In this document: one piece after another, positions 54,399-63,832 of the stretch | Layout of the letters: each line of letters begins with the position of its first letter | Position numbering within the stretch: position 1 is the first letter of the stretch | The notes under the pieces: model-generated | What the model saw: the letters and a program-made list of their open reading frames with translations, nothing else | What the model was told of the DNA's origin: nothing | The model's database searches: none | Assembly: GCA_963822945.1 (NCBI GenBank) | Contig: CAWGJO010000020.1 | Location: 480,001 to 544,000, forward strand | Reading direction: 5' to 3' | Source of the DNA: an uncultured Gemmatimonadaceae bacterium | Lineage (GTDB): Bacteria; Gemmatimonadota; Gemmatimonadetes; Gemmatimonadales; Gemmatimonadaceae | Length of the DNA: 64,000 nucleotides | Program-made: the position numbers and the translations under genes

Positions 54399-54521
54399 GA
54401 CGATAGAGTAATGCACTTTCCCCCATTCGAACAGGGATCGGCACCCGTCCCGCCTTTCACCACGGGTGTCACGCCTCAAAGACGAAATGGTAGATCGGGA
54501 AGTAACGGAGGGCCCGACCGA

Positions 54522-55607
54522 TCAGGAGAACGCCCCCCACCCTTCGGCGCGTACTCGGGCCCCGTGCTCATCCAGCCGCGGCGGCGGGCGCCGAACCACC
54601 CCGCCGACGCTCGAGGGCAGGCCCGTGAACGGCGAGGCGGCGGCCGTTTCGGCCAGCACTTCCAGCACCGGCCGCACGACGCCGCTGGGCACCCCCGCCT
54701 CCGAGAGCACCCGCTGCCAGTGCGCCGCGGGACGCTCGGCGATCCGCGACGAAATGGCTCGCGTCACTCGCTCACGCCCGGCCACCCGGCCGGCGTTCGT
54801 GGCCAGGTCCGCGTCATCGGCCAGCTCCAGGAGCTCGAGCGCCCGCACGCACGCCAGCCACTGCGCGTCGCTCCCCACCGCGATCACCACCCCACGATCA
54901 GCGGCTCGGAAGAGCTGGTAGGGAACGAGATTCGGGTGTGCGTTTCCCCATCGCCGCTGCTCTTCGCCGGACACCAGCGCATTCTGAGCCACGTTGACCA
55001 GCGCGGCGGTCGCACTTGCGGCCAGAGAAATCGAGAGCCGGCGACCGGTGCCGGTCCGCTCCCGCGCCAGCAGCGCGCCCAGAATGGCGATCGCCGCGTC
55101 CTTGCCCGCCACCACGTCGGCGAGCGCCACGCCCACCTTCATGGGATCGCCGCCGGGCTCGCCCGTGATCGCCATCCACCCCGACTCCGCCTGGATCACG
55201 AAGTCGTAGCCCGGTCGCGTGCTGTCCACGCCGAACCCCGAGATCGTGCACCAGACGAGCCGGGGGTGACGGGACACCATCGCGTCGGGTGCCAGCCCGC
55301 GCCGTTCGAGCGACCCCGGAAGGAAGTTGTCGATCACCACGTCCGCCTCCCCGATCAGTTGCTCCAGAAACGACACATCCTCCCGGCAGTCGAGGTCGGC
55401 GCTCACGCTCAACTTGTTCCGGTTCACGCTCAGGAAGTACGCGCTCTGCCCCCGCGCGTCGAACGGCGGGCCCCAGCCCCGCGTTTCGTCTCCGCTCCCG
55501 GGCCGTTCGACTTTGATCACGTCGGCGCCCAGGTCCGCCAGGAGCATTGAACAGAGCGGACCGGCAAGTACTCGCGAGAGATCGAGTATTTTGATGCCAC
55601 TGAGCAT
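54522..55607 (-). CDS. CaiB/BaiF family CoA transferase
   Basis: LDLSRVLAGP, LGADVIKVE, GDETR, NRNK, GYD. Confidence 0.93.
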   Translation of the reverse strand: MLSGIKILDLSRVLAGPLCSMLLADLGADVIKVERPGSGDETRGWGPPFDARGQSAYFLSVNRNKLSVSADLDCREDVSFLEQLIGEADVVIDNFLPGSLERRGLAPDAMVSRHPRLVWCTISGFGVDSTRPGYDFVIQAESGWMAITGEPGGDPMKVGVALADVVAGKDAAIAILGALLARERTGTGRRLSISLAASATAALVNVAQNALVSGEEQRRWGNAHPNLVPYQLFRAADRGVVIAVGSDAQWLACVRALELLELADDADLATNAGRVAGRERVTRAISSRIAERPAAHWQRVLSEAGVPSGVVRPVLEVLAETAAASPFTGLPSSVGGVVRRPPPRLDEHGARVRAEGWGAFS

Positions 55608-55706
55608 AAACTGGCTTTATAGTGTTTTAAGTGAGGCGCTGGTTTCTTGAATCGCTGCGGTCGTAGTTCAGGCCGGGAATGGACGGTTTACCCGGGCCTG
55701 GCCTCC

Positions 55707-55734
55707 TTGCATAGCTGTCGAAAAATCATATACT
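55707..55734 (+). promoter_or_regulatory. Possible sigma70 promoter
   Basis: TTGCAT, 16 nt, TATACT, about 130 nt upstream of the H1-like gene. Confidence 0.5.
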
Positions 55735-55866
55735 TGCCGCCAATTCTACGGCTCCGATTTCAGCAGCCCCGGCGGACGAAAGGCCCGCGAAGTTAGCGAA
55801 GCCTTGGAAGTCCATCAAACATCACGGGGCGCTGTTCCCCCTTCATCTGACGAGTGGACGCGACTG

Positions 55867-56613
55867 ATGCCGGATTCTGCGCACGCCGGTTCCGCCAAAC
55901 CTTCCGCTGACCAGCCGCCGCCGCCCGCGGCACCCCGACGCGGGCCCGGCCATCGCGCCGACGCCCGCGATACGGTGGCGGAATTGGCCGAGAAGGCCCA
56001 GTTGATCAGCCTCGAGGCGGGCAGCAAGGTCGCGGCCGCCATGAAAGACGTGATCAGCGCCGCGGTAGGCATCGCGGGATTCGCGATCGAGAGCGCCCGT
56101 GACCTCACCAACTATATGGTTCGGCGCGGCCAGATGACGCAGGACGAAGCCGACAAGTTGCTCCGCGAGGCCGAGGCAGCCCATTCCAAGCGCCCGGCCT
56201 CGGAACGGGGCAAGCCGACCGCCACGAAGATTGCCGCCGAAAAGGCCGCGCTTGCCAAGGCGCAGGCGGCGCGTGCCGCGGAGATCGCTGCGGCAGCTTT
56301 CGCCAAACTTCACCCACCCCGCCCTCCCAAGCCGCCCTCCAAGGTCTTCATGCCCAAACCGGTGAAGAGCGCAAAGGCACCGGCCAAGAAGACGGCGAAG
56401 AAGGCCCCCGCCAAGAAGCAAGCGAAGAAGACCGCGAAGAAGCCTGCGCCCAAGAAGCCGGTCAAGAAGGCCGCCGCCAAGAAGCCCACGAAAAAGACGG
56501 CCGCCAAGAAGCCGGCGAAGAAAGCCGTCAAGAAGGCGGCGCCCAGGAAACCAGCTCCGAAGAAGGCGAAGAAGACCGTGACCCGGAAGGCCGCCGCCAA
56601 GAAGAAGCGCTAG
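55867..56613 (+). CDS. Phasin-like N-terminal domain plus histone H1-like Lys/Ala/Pro tail
   Basis: MVRRGQMTQDEADKLL; long run of (P/T)AKK and AAKK repeats. Confidence 0.75.
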   Translation: MPDSAHAGSAKPSADQPPPPAAPRRGPGHRADARDTVAELAEKAQLISLEAGSKVAAAMKDVISAAVGIAGFAIESARDLTNYMVRRGQMTQDEADKLLREAEAAHSKRPASERGKPTATKIAAEKAALAKAQAARAAEIAAAAFAKLHPPRPPKPPSKVFMPKPVKSAKAPAKKTAKKAPAKKQAKKTAKKPAPKKPVKKAAAKKPTKKTAAKKPAKKAVKKAAPRKPAPKKAKKTVTRKAAAKKKR

Positions 56614-56628
56614 CGGCGGGCGGCGACC

Positions 56629-57102
56629 ATGCTCCGCCCACGGCATCTGATTCTCATGGCGGTCGCCGTCGTGGCGGCCTGGTTCGCGTTGCGGCGCATG
56701 TCGCCTGGCGCTTCGCCGACGCCGGCCGACCCGGCACAGGTCCGTCGCGAGGTCCTGGCCGTACTCGACCACGGCGCCCGGGCGTGGGACGCCGGCAACC
56801 TCGACGACTTCCTCTCCGACTATCTCCCCGATTCGGAGACGACGTTCATCACCAAGACGCGCGTGCTGCACGGCATCGATGCCATCCGCGGGGTGTATGC
56901 CGCTCGCTTTGTCCCGGGGGCGCAGCGCGACTCCCTTCACTTCCAGAACGTCGAGGTGGACGTCCTGGCCCCCGACGTGGTCAACACCATTGCCTGGTAC
57001 GTGCTCACCCGCGGCGACTCGATCACGGCGCGCGGCCCGACGTCGCTCGTCATGCGCCGCGTGAACGGGCGATGGCGCATCGTGCACGACCATTCCAGTT
57101 GA
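56629..57102 (+). CDS. NTF2/SnoaL-like (DUF4440) protein
   Basis: AWDAGNLDDF...GRWRIVHDHSS. Confidence 0.85.
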   Translation: MLRPRHLILMAVAVVAAWFALRRMSPGASPTPADPAQVRREVLAVLDHGARAWDAGNLDDFLSDYLPDSETTFITKTRVLHGIDAIRGVYAARFVPGAQRDSLHFQNVEVDVLAPDVVNTIAWYVLTRGDSITARGPTSLVMRRVNGRWRIVHDHSS

Positions 57103-57103
57103 G

Positions 57104-58084
57104 ATGCCCCGAGCGGTCGCCATGCGCGCGCCCACGCGCGTGGATTTCGGCGGCGGGTGGACCGACGTGCCGCCCTACTCCGACATCGAAGGCGGTGTGG
57201 TCTGTGCGGGCGCGCTCGCCAGATATGCCACGGCGGAGCTGAGCGATGCCGTGGGGCCGGCGCCCCACGGAGCGGCCCCGGCACCCGAACCGGAAACACC
57301 CCTCATACGGGCGGCCCTCGCACGCACCGGGATCGACCACACGACGGTCCGGGTTCGACTGCGCAGCGATTTCCCGATCGGAGCGGGCCTCGGCGGATCG
57401 TCCGCCGCCAGCGCCGCACTGCTCGGGGCGCTCGACCGGTGGCGCGGCATCCCGATCGACCGCGTGGCGATCGCCGAACGCGGACGCCGGATCGAGGTCG
57501 AGGATCTCGGCGTTGCCGGCGGACGCCAGGACCACTACTGCGCGACGCACGGCGGACTGCTCGGCCTCAGCTTCGGCGCGACGGTGGGCGTGCGCCGCGT
57601 CCCGCTCCCGCCGCCGCTCCGCGCGTCGCTGGAACAGCGCTGCGTACTCGTATACACCGGAGAGTCGCGCATCTCCGGCGACACGATCACCGGTGTGCTG
57701 GAGGGCTACCGTCGCGGGGATCGTCGTGTAACGTTCGCTCTCGCACGGATGCGGGAGCTGGCGCAGCAGATGATCGCCGCGCTCGAACGCGCCGACGTGG
57801 ATGACCTGGGCTCGCTGATCGCGGAACACTGGACACACCAACGCGCGCTGCATTCGGCGATCCCCACCCCGGCCATCGATGCCATCATCGAGCGGGCCGG
57901 GCGAGCCGGAGCACTCGGAGCCAAGGCGACCGGTGCCTCGGGAGGCGGGTGTGTCGTGGCGGTCGCGCGCCACGGCATGGAAGCGGAGGTGCGCCGGGCC
58001 GTCGGCGCGCTCGGAGAACTCGTTCCCTTCACTCTGGACGAAACGGGACTGACTGCATGCGACTGGAACGGGGAGACGCCGTAG
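57104..58084 (+). CDS. GHMP sugar kinase (HddA/fucokinase-like)
   Basis: APTRVDFGGGWTD, PIGAGLGGSS, GRQD, GASGGG. Confidence 0.9.
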   Translation: MPRAVAMRAPTRVDFGGGWTDVPPYSDIEGGVVCAGALARYATAELSDAVGPAPHGAAPAPEPETPLIRAALARTGIDHTTVRVRLRSDFPIGAGLGGSSAASAALLGALDRWRGIPIDRVAIAERGRRIEVEDLGVAGGRQDHYCATHGGLLGLSFGATVGVRRVPLPPPLRASLEQRCVLVYTGESRISGDTITGVLEGYRRGDRRVTFALARMRELAQQMIAALERADVDDLGSLIAEHWTHQRALHSAIPTPAIDAIIERAGRAGALGAKATGASGGGCVVAVARHGMEAEVRRAVGALGELVPFTLDETGLTACDWNGETP

Positions 58085-59232
58085 GACTGGCCCGCGCGCT
58101 CATCGGCGTCGATTCACGCAATCCGTCGCTGGTGCCGGGAGCCCCCGGAGAACAGGAGGCCGCCCGCTTGCTGGCCGGGGTTCTCGAGGCCTGGGGATTC
58201 CGCGTCGACGTGCACGAGGCCGCACCACGACGCCCGAACGTCGTCGCACGCCTCGGCGCGGCCGGCGGCCGCACGCTCATGTTCAACGGCCATCTCGATG
58301 TCGTCGGCGTGGAGGGCATGAAGCACGCCCCGTTCGACGCCCTCGAACGAGACGGCCGCCTGTACGGACGCGGCTCGGCCGACATGAAGGCGGGCATCGC
58401 GACGATGTGCGCGGCCGCCGCACTGGCCGGCGACGGGCTCACGCACGGTGAGGTGATCGTCGCCGCCGTGGCCGACGAGGAGTACGCGAGTCGCGGTACG
58501 CGCGCACTGGTGGAGCGCGGCATCCGCGCCGACGCCGCCATCGTCACCGAACCCACCGGACTCGCCATCATGCCGGCGCATCGCGGGTTCGTCTGGGTGG
58601 AACTCGCCTTCCACGGCCGCGCCGCGCACGGCAGCCGGTACGACGTGGGCGTCGATGCCATCCGGCACGCCGGCCTGGTGTTGGCGGAACTCGACGCCCT
58701 CGACGCCGGCCCCCTCGCTCGCCGCACCCACCCCCTGCTCGGGCACGCGTCGCTGCACGCCGCGCTGATCAGCGGCGGTCAGGGCATGTCCACGTATCCC
58801 GACCGGTGCGAGTTGAAGATCGAGCGCCGCACGGTGCCGGGGGAGACGCCGTCCGGCGTGATGGCCGAGATCGAGACCGCATGCGCCCGGGTTCGCGAAC
58901 GCCGGCCCGAATTGCGCGTGGACCTCGCGCTCCTGCTCGCGCAGAGCCCCAGCGACGTGGCCCCCGACGCACCGGTCGCCCGCGCCCTGCGCGACGCGTT
59001 GGACCACCAAGCCGTCCCGGTGCGCGTGGAAGGGATGAGCGCCTGGACGGACTGCGCGATTCTCAACGATGCGGGCATCCCCGCCATCTGCTTCGGCCCC
59101 GGCGACATTGCCCTGGCCCACGGGCCGGAGGAGTACGTGGAAATCGAACAGATCCAGCAAGCCACCGCGGTGCTCGAACGCATGGCCCGCGCCTGGTGCG
59201 GCGCGGACCCGGAGGGCGCATGGCGGAACTGA
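58057..59232 (+). CDS. ArgE/DapE family M20 metallopeptidase/deacylase
   Basis: NGHLDVV, GRGSADMK, DEE, TEPT, AHGPEE. Confidence 0.92.
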   Translation: MRLERGDAVGLARALIGVDSRNPSLVPGAPGEQEAARLLAGVLEAWGFRVDVHEAAPRRPNVVARLGAAGGRTLMFNGHLDVVGVEGMKHAPFDALERDGRLYGRGSADMKAGIATMCAAAALAGDGLTHGEVIVAAVADEEYASRGTRALVERGIRADAAIVTEPTGLAIMPAHRGFVWVELAFHGRAAHGSRYDVGVDAIRHAGLVLAELDALDAGPLARRTHPLLGHASLHAALISGGQGMSTYPDRCELKIERRTVPGETPSGVMAEIETACARVRERRPELRVDLALLLAQSPSDVAPDAPVARALRDALDHQAVPVRVEGMSAWTDCAILNDAGIPAICFGPGDIALAHGPEEYVEIEQIQQATAVLERMARAWCGADPEGAWRN

Positions 59233-59438
59233 CCCACGTCCAGTACGAGATGCTCGAACGCGCCGTGTTGAACGGCCAGCGCATCGTGGTGTACCGCCGG
59301 GGAACCGAGTATCTGGTGATTCCCGACCGGCTTGCCATGCACGGCCGCCGGGAAGCCATCGAAGCGCGCAACCCGACCACCGGAGACCGACTCACCTTGT
59401 ACCTCGACGAAGTGGATGCCATCGAGGCCGTGCGTTGA
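59220..59438 (+). CDS. Small hypothetical protein (72 aa)
   Basis: GGAGG RBS; overlaps both neighbours; MAELTHVQYEMLERAV... Confidence 0.7.
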   Translation: MAELTHVQYEMLERAVLNGQRIVVYRRGTEYLVIPDRLAMHGRREAIEARNPTTGDRLTLYLDEVDAIEAVR

Positions 59439-60079
59439 GCGCGGCTGAGCCACTCCCCCTGGTCGCCGTCTATGCCGATGAGTCGTGCCTCGGCAACGGG
59501 CAGGAGGGCGACAATCCCGGGGCCGCCGGCGGCGTGATCGAATATCGCGGCGGCAGCGCGGGCCCCATCACGAGGCGCGATTTCTGGCTGGCCGAGCCGG
59601 CGACGACGAACAACCGCATGGCCCTGCGGAGTGTGATCGAGGCGTTCCGGATCCTGGCGCAGAAGGACGGCCGGTTCCGCGTCGTGTTCACCAGCGACTC
59701 CCAGTACCTGATCAAGGGCATGAGCGAATGGGTCCGTGGGTGGATGGCGCGCGGATGGCGGCGCAAGGGGGGCCCGATCGAGAACCTGTCGCTCTGGCGC
59801 GACGCCGTGGCGTGTGTGCGCCCCCACCAGGTGCAGTGGCAGTGGGTGCGGGGCCACGTCGGACACGTGCAGAACGAGTACGCCAACCACCTCGCCACCC
59901 GGGCGGCACGGGACCAGACCAGCTCCGGAGGAGCCGTGCCGTCGGGGTTCGACGCATGGTTGGCCACCGAACGGGCGGCGGGCCGCATGCATGCGGCCCC
60001 CGCAGCCTTTCCGGATCCGCATAGATTCAAGCCATCGCAGCCGCTTCCCGCGGCGGCTCAGGCGACGCTGCTCGACTAG
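59435..60079 (+). CDS. rnhA: Ribonuclease HI with atypical active-site residues
   Basis: YADESCLGN, TTNNRMAL, SDSQY, WVRGHVGH, NEYANHLA; TTG start. Confidence 0.9.
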   Translation: MSAAEPLPLVAVYADESCLGNGQEGDNPGAAGGVIEYRGGSAGPITRRDFWLAEPATTNNRMALRSVIEAFRILAQKDGRFRVVFTSDSQYLIKGMSEWVRGWMARGWRRKGGPIENLSLWRDAVACVRPHQVQWQWVRGHVGHVQNEYANHLATRAARDQTSSGGAVPSGFDAWLATERAAGRMHAAPAAFPDPHRFKPSQPLPAAAQATLLD

Positions 60080-60090
60080 GGGAGGACGGG

Positions 60091-60699
60091 ATGGACGCAA
60101 TCGACCGCATGTTCACGGTACTCGCGCAGACGGTGCGGGACACGCAGCCCCGCTATCTCAGCCAGCCGTTCGAGGTGGCCGAGCTGTACCAGACGCTGCT
60201 GCCCTACCGCCACTTTCGCCGCGAACTGGCCCTCGATACCAACGAGGACTACGAAATCACATTGATGCAGCTCCTTTCCGGAGCTCGCGGGTATCTCATC
60301 GTTGATGACCGGATGCGTGACGCTCTGGAGCGGGAACTCCAGTCGCCGAATCCGGATCCGGGGGCGTTCCGGCAATTCGCCGACGCCCAGGTGGCGCTCT
60401 CTCCCGCGGCGCTGCAGCGACGGACACAGACGCCCGAAGGGACCGTCGATTCGGCTGCGGTGAGCGGGTCGACGGTTCGGCTGGAGACCCCGGCCTCGCA
60501 GGCGGCGGCCGCGGCAGCCGCCGACGGGGCGCGTTGTCGGTACTGCACCAGCAAACTGCCGCAGGGGCGGAAGGTGGTGTTCTGTCCGAACTGTGGCCAG
60601 AACCTCACGGTGATGAACTGCAGCGCCTGCGGCGCGGAATTGGAGGTCGGATGGAAGTTCTGCGTAGCGTGCGGTCGCCCCACTCCTCAAGCGATATGA
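60091..60699 (+). CDS. Double zinc-ribbon domain protein
   Basis: CRYC...CPNC...CSAC...CVAC at the C-terminus. Confidence 0.85.
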   Translation: MDAIDRMFTVLAQTVRDTQPRYLSQPFEVAELYQTLLPYRHFRRELALDTNEDYEITLMQLLSGARGYLIVDDRMRDALERELQSPNPDPGAFRQFADAQVALSPAALQRRTQTPEGTVDSAAVSGSTVRLETPASQAAAAAAADGARCRYCTSKLPQGRKVVFCPNCGQNLTVMNCSACGAELEVGWKFCVACGRPTPQAI

Positions 60700-61781
60700 T
60701 GCGGCGCGCGTGGCGGGCGGCAATCCTGCTTACCGCCGCCGGGGCGATGGCGGCATGCGCCTCGGGCCGCGGGCGTACCAGCGCTCCCGCGGTCACACCG
60801 GCCGCGGACAGTTGGCCCGTGGTCACGCGCGAACATGTGGACCTGTGGCTCCACGGATACGCCATGATCACCCGCGACGTGGCTCAGGTGCCGGTGTTCC
60901 GGCGGGGCTACCGCGACTCCATCGAAGCGGTTCGACATCGCGACAACGTGCTTACCGCCCTCGACGCCAACCACGCGAAGCTGGCCACGCTCATGGCCCA
61001 GAACCCGGAGATCAGCAACGGCCAGTTCGTGCCGCTGTACTTCACGTCGTGGGATCAGATGGTGAAGGCCGTCGATGACTTCGTGCATGCCGACGGATCG
61101 CGCCGCGACGTCACTCCGGCCGACCGCCGGTCGTTCGCCATCCTGGCCTCGATGTATCCCACCGTGCAGGACCGGGAGTGGCTCCGCCTGTTCACCGAAT
61201 CGCTCGGCAACGAGTCCGATCACTTCTATCACCAGTACTGGACGGCCGAGCAGCAGAAGCACCACGGCATCGTCGTCGCCGTCGATTCCCTCTGGCGTTC
61301 GATCCGGCCGCGCTTCCAGTCCTTTCTCACCAACACCGGCCAGACCGACGGCCAGATGGTGCTCTCGCTCGTCCTCGGCGGGGAGGGGCGCACGATGAAC
61401 GAGTCGCCCAAGCACAATATCGTCGTCGTGACGATGCCCGATTCCCTCGCGGGGGTGGCGGAGCCGGTCTACGTGTTCGCGCACGAAATCGTCCAGGTCA
61501 TTTCGAACCAGGCCGTGAGTGCCAACACGACCGCCGAGCAGCAGCGGAACGGAACCGCCGCCGCCTTCTCGCCCACGGCGGCGGTCCGGGGCGGGGAGAT
61601 GCTTCTGGAACGGGTGGCGCCTGAGCTCGCCGACGGATTCATGCGTTACTATCTGTCGCAGGCCGGCGTGGCGGCGCCCGCGGGCAACCCCGAAGCGGCG
61701 TTCGTCGGTGCGTTCCCGCTCCCGACGGCGATCATCGCCGACATGGACCGGCAGATCGGTAGCAAGCTCACGGGAACCTGA
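60696..61781 (+). CDS. Lipoprotein, possibly a degenerate zincin
   Basis: Lipobox MAAC; FAHEIVQ. Confidence 0.75.
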   Translation: MMRRAWRAAILLTAAGAMAACASGRGRTSAPAVTPAADSWPVVTREHVDLWLHGYAMITRDVAQVPVFRRGYRDSIEAVRHRDNVLTALDANHAKLATLMAQNPEISNGQFVPLYFTSWDQMVKAVDDFVHADGSRRDVTPADRRSFAILASMYPTVQDREWLRLFTESLGNESDHFYHQYWTAEQQKHHGIVVAVDSLWRSIRPRFQSFLTNTGQTDGQMVLSLVLGGEGRTMNESPKHNIVVVTMPDSLAGVAEPVYVFAHEIVQVISNQAVSANTTAEQQRNGTAAAFSPTAAVRGGEMLLERVAPELADGFMRYYLSQAGVAAPAGNPEAAFVGAFPLPTAIIADMDRQIGSKLTGT

Positions 61782-61809
61782 CCCGCGCGGTTGCCCGTAT
61801 ATTGGAATC

Positions 61810-62631
61810 ATGGCTGACGCCCCGGTTCCCGCCGTTCCCCAACCACCGCTCGATCGCGCCGCGCTCGAGCGAGTGATTGCGCGTGCCGCCGAGTTGCAGG
61901 CACGCACCTCGGACGCGGCCGAGACGATGACCGAGGACCAGATCATCGCCCTCGGCCGCGAGGTGGGCCTCTCCCCGGCCTATCTGCGCCAGGCGCTGGC
62001 CGAGGAGCGATCGCACCGCGGGCAGCCGACCGCCGCCCACGGCCTCCTGCGCGGACCGGCCCTGCTCACGGCCGAGCGCACGGTGCGCGGCACGGCGCCC
62101 GAGGTCTTCGCCGCACTCGATATCTGGATGCAGAAGGAGGAGTGGCTCCAGATCAAACGGCAGTTCCCGGATCGGATCGTCTGGGAGCCGCGCCGCGACT
62201 TCGAAGGAAATGTGCGGCGCCTGCTGAACGTCGGCGGACGCGGGTACACGCTGTCCAAGGCCACCGACGTCGGCGCCACGGTGGTGCCGGCCGACGAGGG
62301 CCGCGTGCTCGTACGGCTCGACGCCGACCTCTCGGGACACCGCAGGAGTTCGCTGGGCGGAATGGCCGCGGGCGCCGCGGGCGGGTTGGTCGGCAGCGGG
62401 GTGCTACTGGCCCTCAACTTCGCGCTCGTCGTCGCCGCGGCGCCGGTGGTCGCGCTCGGCGGCATGGGCTACGTCATCGCCCGCACTACCTACACACGCG
62501 CCGCCGCCCGCGTGCAGCTCACCCTCGAACAGATGCTCGACCGGCTGGAGCGGGGCGAACGCGCCGATAACCCGTCATTGCTGCGCATGCTGGCGCAGGC
62601 CGCCGGCACCGCGATCCCGCGCCGCTACTGA
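61810..62631 (+). CDS. Hypothetical membrane protein (2 C-terminal TM)
   Basis: LERVIARAAELQ...GREVGLSPAYLRQALAEE helical N-terminus; Gly-rich TM hairpin. Confidence 0.75.
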   Translation: MADAPVPAVPQPPLDRAALERVIARAAELQARTSDAAETMTEDQIIALGREVGLSPAYLRQALAEERSHRGQPTAAHGLLRGPALLTAERTVRGTAPEVFAALDIWMQKEEWLQIKRQFPDRIVWEPRRDFEGNVRRLLNVGGRGYTLSKATDVGATVVPADEGRVLVRLDADLSGHRRSSLGGMAAGAAGGLVGSGVLLALNFALVVAAAPVVALGGMGYVIARTTYTRAAARVQLTLEQMLDRLERGERADNPSLLRMLAQAAGTAIPRRY

Positions 62632-63701
62632 CCGCCGACCAGGCTCGGCACGAGCCGCACCGGACGCCGGCTGGCGCGTGCCGCCAGCCACGCCAGCGCT
62701 CGATTGCTCATCACCCCCGCGATACTGAGCACGATCAGCGACTTCACCTCGGCACGTGAGATCTTCACCACCTGCCGCCGCGCCATGGCCGATGGCACCC
62801 GCGTGAGATCCCGCAGGGTGGCATACGCGAACAGCAGGGGCAGCACACAGAACAGGCGGATCGACACGGCCCGGCGCGGAATCAGGAGCAGATAGTCCTT
62901 GGCATGCTCCAGATCCTCCCACGCCAGCTTCACCAGCGACGCCATCGCGGCCTGCGTGTTGGCGGCCCGCTCTCCCGCCAGAATGGCCGCGTGGCTTCCC
63001 CCGTGCTCGACCAGCAGCTGTTCGGGGATGTAGATGGAATTCTCCTGCTCGGCATCGGTGGCCACATCCTTGAGGATGTTCACCGTCTGCAGCGCCTCCG
63101 CGAACGACCGGCTGCGCTCGCGCAGCACCGCGTACTGCCGCGGACCGATGCTCGGCGCATGCTCGTGCCACAAATCGGTCAGGAGGTACCCCACCGTGCC
63201 CGCCACGTAGTAGCAGTACTCGCGGTACTCGTCCAGCGTCTGGATGCGGATCCCGCCCGGGTACAGCAGCACGAACTTGCGCATGCCCACTGCCATCTCG
63301 GTCACCCAACGCCTGATGTGCTCCCGCGTGGCCGGCGGCAGCGCCCGGTACGCGACGAACACCAGATCGGTGTGGTGGATGAGCCGCAGGTGCGCCGGGT
63401 CTCCCGTCATCGCGGCCACCAACTCCGGGAACCGGTCGGCAGCGGCCGCATCGTCGAAGCAGGCCAACATTCGGTCGAAGAGTCCGGCCTTGTCGGGCGC
63501 CGGCATCGACGGCTCGTCCTCGATCGTATCGGCAACCCGGCAGAGGAGGTACGCGCAATTCACGGCGGCCCCGAGTTGCCCGGGCAGCACACGGATGCTG
63601 AGCGCGAACGTACGCGACACCGACGGCAGAATCTCCCGCGAAAAGCGGAGTGCCTGGTCGAGACGCGGATCGGCGGTAGCTTCGGGAGCGGAGGACGCCA
63701 C
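62625..63701 (-). CDS. Squalene/phytoene synthase family (farnesyl-diphosphate farnesyltransferase-like)
   Basis: VSRTFAL, YLLCRVADTIED, YCYYVAGTVG, LQTVNILKD. Confidence 0.9.
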   Translation of the reverse strand: MASSAPEATADPRLDQALRFSREILPSVSRTFALSIRVLPGQLGAAVNCAYLLCRVADTIEDEPSMPAPDKAGLFDRMLACFDDAAAADRFPELVAAMTGDPAHLRLIHHTDLVFVAYRALPPATREHIRRWVTEMAVGMRKFVLLYPGGIRIQTLDEYREYCYYVAGTVGYLLTDLWHEHAPSIGPRQYAVLRERSRSFAEALQTVNILKDVATDAEQENSIYIPEQLLVEHGGSHAAILAGERAANTQAAMASLVKLAWEDLEHAKDYLLLIPRRAVSIRLFCVLPLLFAYATLRDLTRVPSAMARRQVVKISRAEVKSLIVLSIAGVMSNRALAWLAARASRRPVRLVPSLVGGQ

Positions 63702-63832
63702 GGTCAGCAGCGGGGTCGTCGTCGGTGGAGTCGGTGCATTAAACTTCGGCGTTGCCGGCTTGGCTGGAACTTACCCCGCCGGCCCCGTCGGCGCTCCCTG
63801 GCGCCACCACATTCACAGAGGAAACCGTTCGC

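Noticed and set aside
56340..56610. CRISPR-like or DNA repeat array
   Set aside because: Repetition comes from Lys/Ala/Pro codons of the H1-like tail; there is no repeat-spacer structure and no cas genes.
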